From contig CAXXNF010000002.1 in assembly GCA_963666365.2 (NCBI GenBank), positions 1,536,001-1,600,000 on the forward strand: 64,000 bases of DNA. Reading direction: 5' to 3'. Under the pieces are notes generated by a model. It saw only the letters and a list, made by a program, of their open reading frames with translations. It did no database searches and had not been told where the DNA came from. Position numbers and translations under genes: made by a program. Source of the stretch: Syntrophales bacterium (GTDB lineage: Bacteria; Desulfobacterota; Syntrophia; Syntrophales; UBA2210). Positions 59,927-64,000 of this stretch are shown in pieces. The stretch's first letter is position 1, and each line of letters begins with the position of its first letter.

Positions 59927-61440
59927 GGCAACCCTTTCATGTGTGTCACAATGGCCTCGACGAACCCCTCTATCTCGAAGGGGCCCTGCATGATATCAAC
60001 AGCAAGGCCGGCCTTTTCCGCCGACGCTGCCGTGACGGGACCAATGCAGGCGATACGCGCCGTTGGCGGTATCTTCGACGGACCACCGATTATATCGATA
60101 AAATTAGTCACCGTCGAGGGGCTGGTAAAAGTGATCACATCAATTTCTTGCTCTTTTATTGCCCTGACAAAGTCCGTTCTTTCTCTTCCCGTACCGACGG
60201 TCCTGTAGACCGGAATCACGTCGACGAGAGCGCCTTGCCGCGCAAGCCCCTGCGGAATGACATCGCGCGCGGTTTCGGCCCGGGGCAGCAGTATCCGCGC
60301 ACCCCTTATATCAATTTCTTCAAAGGCCCTTACCACTCCTTCGGATATGAAATCTTCGGGAACCAGGTCAACCCGTATTCCCCTCTGCTGGATGGCAGCC
60401 GCCGTTGTGGGACCGATGGTAGCGATGCGCACCCCTTTAAGATCCCGAACATCCATGCTCAGACCCTGCAGCCGTTCGAAAAAGAATCTGACGCCGTTGG
60501 CGCTGGTAAAGATGATCCACTGGTAGGAGTTAATATTCGCAAGCGCGCTGTCGAGCAATTCCATGCGCTCAGATGGAACAATCCGGATCACGGGAAACGT
60601 AATAACCCGCGCTCCCTTTTCACGAAGAAGCGCCGCAAAAGATGCCGCCTGCGCTTCCGGCCTGGTCACTACCACTGTTTTACCGAAAAGCGGCCTTTTC
60701 TCAAACCAGGCAAGTTCCTCTCGAAGCGCCACTACCTGGCCCACCACAAAAATTGCCGGCGGTGAAAACTTTCGCTCTTCGGCAACCTTCGCAATATCGG
60801 CAAGCACGGCCGTCACCGTTTCCTGGTCCGGTGTCGTTCCCCACCGGATCAGCGCAGCCGGCGTGTCAGGACTTTTACCCTTTTCAATCAGCATCTTGGT
60901 AATGTGGAAAAGATTTTTCACCCCCATGAGAAAGACCAGCGTCTCGATGCCAGCCAGTTTCCCCCAGTCGAGACGGCTTTCTTCCTTGGTAGGGTCCTCA
61001 TGGCCCGTCACGAAAGCGACCGCCGATGTATGGGCGCGGTGTGTCAGAGGGATACCCGCATAGGCGGGAACGGCCACGGCGGAACTGATGCCGGGGACCA
61101 CTTCAAAGGGAATCCCCGCCTGCGCAAGGATCTGGGCCTCTTCGCCCCCCCGGCCGAAAATGAAGGGATCTCCCCCCTTCAGCCTGGCCACCACATGCTC
61201 TTTAAGCGCTTCATTGACGAGTATCTGATTCAATCTGTCCTGAGAAACGGTATGATCTCCCCCCTTCTTTCCCACATAGATGAAACGGGCATCGGGTTTT
61301 GCATAGGCAAGGATATCATCGCTTACGAGGTAGTCGTAAACAACCACATCAGCCCGCTCGAGGCATTCTTTTCCACGAATGGTCAGGAGCCCCCCATCAC
61401 CAGGGCCTCCTCCGATTATGTACACTTTTCCTTTGATCAT
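59923..61440 (-). CDS. cobA: Uroporphyrinogen-III C-methyltransferase / synthase fusion (CobA-HemD)
   Basis: GPGD, RLKGGDPFIFGRGGEE, GIPLTHR; then VVVTRP, FTSANGV, FTSPST. Confidence 0.93.
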   Translation of the reverse strand: MIKGKVYIIGGGPGDGGLLTIRGKECLERADVVVYDYLVSDDILAYAKPDARFIYVGKKGGDHTVSQDRLNQILVNEALKEHVVARLKGGDPFIFGRGGEEAQILAQAGIPFEVVPGISSAVAVPAYAGIPLTHRAHTSAVAFVTGHEDPTKEESRLDWGKLAGIETLVFLMGVKNLFHITKMLIEKGKSPDTPAALIRWGTTPDQETVTAVLADIAKVAEERKFSPPAIFVVGQVVALREELAWFEKRPLFGKTVVVTRPEAQAASFAALLREKGARVITFPVIRIVPSERMELLDSALANINSYQWIIFTSANGVRFFFERLQGLSMDVRDLKGVRIATIGPTTAAAIQQRGIRVDLVPEDFISEGVVRAFEEIDIRGARILLPRAETARDVIPQGLARQGALVDVIPVYRTVGTGRERTDFVRAIKEQEIDVITFTSPSTVTNFIDIIGGPSKIPPTARIACIGPVTAASAEKAGLAVDIMQGPFEIEGFVEAIVTHMKGLP

Positions 61441-61443
61441 TTC

Positions 61444-62373
61444 TCAACAATTCCCGCATTCGATTTCAAGAAGGTCCCTGCCCCCTCTCTCAAGAATGTT
61501 TCCCGCCACTTTCTTGCCCAGTGCTTCCCACTCACGGTAGTCGTCTCCGGCGCTCTCCGCGATAATAATCCTTCCGTCGGCGCTGCCCACCATACCCCTC
61601 AGGGTCATAAACTCCTTGTCCATCCGGGCGAATCCGGCAATGGGAACCTGACATCCGCCTCCCAGATAGGCAAGAAAGGCGCGCTCCGCCGAAATTTCGA
61701 AGAGTGTCTGCCGGTGATTCAAAAAGGTCACCAGCTCCCGCACTTCCTCATCGTCTTTGCGGATCTCGATGCCCAGCACCCCCTGACCCGCGGCAGGAAG
61801 CATGATTTCATCGGGAATGAACTGCGATATCTCTGTAAAACGCCCCATACGACGCATCCCGGCCGCCGCAAGAATAATTCCGTCGAGACCTTCGCTTTCT
61901 ATTTTTTTGATTCTCGTATCAAGGTTCCCTCTGATAGGCACGACCTCAATATCGGGCAGCAGGTTGAGGAGCTGCATACGGCGCCTCAGTGATCCCGTAC
62001 CGATCTTCGCCCCTGCAGGTAGCTCCTCCAATTTGCGTCTGTCTTTTGAAATCAGCACGTCGCGGTGATCCTCCCGAGCGGGTATGGACGCTATTTCCAG
62101 CTCGTCGGGAAGCTCAACGGGCACATCCTTCATGCTGTGTACCGCCATGTCGATTTTTCCCGAGAGCAGCGCTTCTTCTATCTCCTTGACAAAAATACCC
62201 TTCCCTCCTATCTCGACAAGGGAGACATTCTGCATTCTGTCACCCTTCGTCCGAATGGGTACAATCTGAAAATTCAATCCCCGGTACCGCTCCTTCAACC
62301 GGTCGGCTATATACCGCGCCTGCACCAGGGCAAGATCACTGCCCCGTGTCCCTATATTGAGTGTCCGATCGAT
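61444..62373 (-). CDS. hemC: Hydroxymethylbilane synthase, apparent ATC start
   Basis: IGTRGSDLAL (upstream of the ORF-track start), GKGIFVKE, AVHSMKD, RGNLDTR, GGCQVP. Confidence 0.93.
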   Translation of the reverse strand: MDRTLNIGTRGSDLALVQARYIADRLKERYRGLNFQIVPIRTKGDRMQNVSLVEIGGKGIFVKEIEEALLSGKIDMAVHSMKDVPVELPDELEIASIPAREDHRDVLISKDRRKLEELPAGAKIGTGSLRRRMQLLNLLPDIEVVPIRGNLDTRIKKIESEGLDGIILAAAGMRRMGRFTEISQFIPDEIMLPAAGQGVLGIEIRKDDEEVRELVTFLNHRQTLFEISAERAFLAYLGGGCQVPIAGFARMDKEFMTLRGMVGSADGRIIIAESAGDDYREWEALGKKVAGNILERGGRDLLEIECGNC

Positions 62374-62414
62374 GGTACGCTCCTCCTCTCGTCATTACGG
62401 AATCTGTCGCAGCC

Positions 62415-63683
62415 TCAGTCCCTTTCGAGGCCGAACAATCGTCTTATGGCCGCCACGTATGCATCGGCCCCTCCATTTTCACTTTCCTCTTTGAGACCCG
62501 TCACCGGGCCATGCAGAACTTTGTTCACCACCGCCTGGACCAGCGCCTCCACATGGGCCCTTTCATCAGCGCCAAGGCCTTTCATCCAGCCCATGGACCG
62601 TTCCAGTTCTCCCCTTGTGATATCCTCCAGCTTACTTCTGAGATCGACAATGGTGGGCACTACTTCCAGTGTGGCGTACCACTTTCTGAAATTCTCCACT
62701 TCTTCGTCAATGATTGCCCCCGCTTTACGGGCCTCTTCGATGCGGGTTTTCATGTTCTCGTCAACAACCCCTTGCAGATCATCGATGTTGTAAAGATATA
62801 CATTGTCCATATCCCCCACGGCCGGATCGATGTCGCGGGGTACGGCAATATCGATGAGAAACAGCAGCCTGTTCTTTCGTCTTCGAAGCGCCTTTTCGAT
62901 CATGGCCCGGTTGATGATAAATCCGGGCGTTCCCGTAGAACTTATCACAATATCAGACTCACCCAGTTTCTGCTCCAACGATTCGAATCGGGCCGCCTTT
63001 CCCCCGAATTCATCGGCCAGTCTCAGGGCCTTTTCATAGGTCCTGTTCACAATGCTGACAGTGCGGATACCTTTCTCTGCCAGGTGCCGGGCGGCCAGTT
63101 CGGCCATTTCCCCTGCTCCGACCAGTAACACCGCTTTTCCCGCAAGGTCCCCGAATATCTTTTTCGAAAGTTCTACGGCGGTATATCCCACCGAAACGGC
63201 ATTGGCGGAAATGGCTGTTTCCGTGCGCACCCGCTTCGCCACTCGAAAGGCGTGGTGGAGCAGCTTGTTCAGCATCACCCCGGAGGCCTTTTCCTCGACA
63301 CAGCGGCGGTAGGCATCCTTCACCTGGCCAAGGATCTGTGGCTCCCCCATCACCATTGAATCGATACTCGCGGCAACCCTGAATAAATGCCGTACGGCCT
63401 CCTGGTCCCGATACACATAAAGGCACGCCTCCATCTCCTCGGCGGGAAGATTCCCCTGGGACAAAACAACCCCCTTCAACCCCTCGACCGCGGCATCCGC
63501 ATTGTTCACATGGGCAAGCACCTCCACACGGTTGCAGGTTGCAAGATACAGGACCTCCTTCACCTGGGAAATGTTTTTTACCGCCCGTACCGCGTTCCCC
63601 TCGTCATCGCAGGCGATCGACAGCCGCTCTCTCAGTTCGACGGGCGCCGATTTATGATTCATTCCCAGCAGGATAATATTCAT
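62415..63683 (-). CDS. hemA: Glutamyl-tRNA reductase
   Basis: GMNHKSAP..LRE, TCNRVE, DSMVMGEPQILGQ, GAGEM, DIAVPRD. Confidence 0.97.
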   Translation of the reverse strand: MNIILLGMNHKSAPVELRERLSIACDDEGNAVRAVKNISQVKEVLYLATCNRVEVLAHVNNADAAVEGLKGVVLSQGNLPAEEMEACLYVYRDQEAVRHLFRVAASIDSMVMGEPQILGQVKDAYRRCVEEKASGVMLNKLLHHAFRVAKRVRTETAISANAVSVGYTAVELSKKIFGDLAGKAVLLVGAGEMAELAARHLAEKGIRTVSIVNRTYEKALRLADEFGGKAARFESLEQKLGESDIVISSTGTPGFIINRAMIEKALRRRKNRLLFLIDIAVPRDIDPAVGDMDNVYLYNIDDLQGVVDENMKTRIEEARKAGAIIDEEVENFRKWYATLEVVPTIVDLRSKLEDITRGELERSMGWMKGLGADERAHVEALVQAVVNKVLHGPVTGLKEESENGGADAYVAAIRRLFGLERD

Positions 63684-63692
63684 CGTTCTCTA

Positions 63693-64000
63693 TTAAAAGG
63701 TGTGCACTGTCACAAAAAACATATTTACGCCCACAAAGGCGAAAAGAAGAATCACGAATGCCCCGATGGAAAGCAACGCCGCCCTTTTCCCCTTCCAGCC
63801 GATGGCAAGCCGCTGATGCACAAGCAGTGCGCACATGATCCACGAAACCAGCGTGGCGATCTGTTTGGGATCGCTCTGCAGATGGCTTCCCCAGACGGTT
63901 CGGGCCCATACTGCGCCGGCAATAATTCCCAGTGTCAGCAGCAGAAAACCCCACACTGCCGATATATGATTAATGCGATCGAGATCTCGAAGCGGCGGAA
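63693..64000 (-). CDS. CcsA/HemX-family membrane protein (5' partial)
   Basis: PPLRDLDRIN...GF.LLTLGII.GA.WA...WG....DPK; open to the window edge. Confidence 0.8.
   Translation of the reverse strand, partial: PPLRDLDRINHISAVWGFLLLTLGIIAGAVWARTVWGSHLQSDPKQIATLVSWIMCALLVHQRLAIGWKGKRAALLSIGAFVILLFAFVGVNMFFVTVHTF

Overview
Housekeeping-rich chromosomal window of an anaerobic bacterium. The gene content (ahb heme pathway, tandem PilT paralogues, DacZ-type cyclase, CoA-transferase/beta-oxidation genes, membrane PPase) suggests Desulfobacterota, possibly Syntrophales (inference). It holds about 55 CDS and one tRNA-Gln(UUG). Main blocks: a GldA/F/G-DUF4340 ABC operon; coaE, a DUF1566 gene and gamma-carbonic anhydrase; two pilT; a second EF-G; a K+ channel/cNMP-binding pair; the ispE-tRNA-prs-rplY-pth-hppA-ychF block; dacZ-clpB with an htpX remnant; tandem ABC binding proteins and acyl-CoA genes; a five-gene membrane redox module; polA; and a hemA-hemC-cobA/hemD-ahbC-hemB-ahbD-ahbA cluster. 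I saw no transposase, integrase, reverse transcriptase, CRISPR array or rRNA. The best leads are: (1) a TlpA / CxxC peptide / polyferredoxin / Tat-FeS / cytochrome b module with no catalytic subunit; (2) a structured, terminated sRNA candidate with an anti-SD loop; (3) the coupled K+ channel and stand-alone cNMP-binding protein; (4) a hidden gene split at an A8 run; (5) an apparent ATC start for hemC; (6) a family of 7-9-mer-built inverted repeats next to stop codons. All calls come from motif reading by eye; no searches were run.
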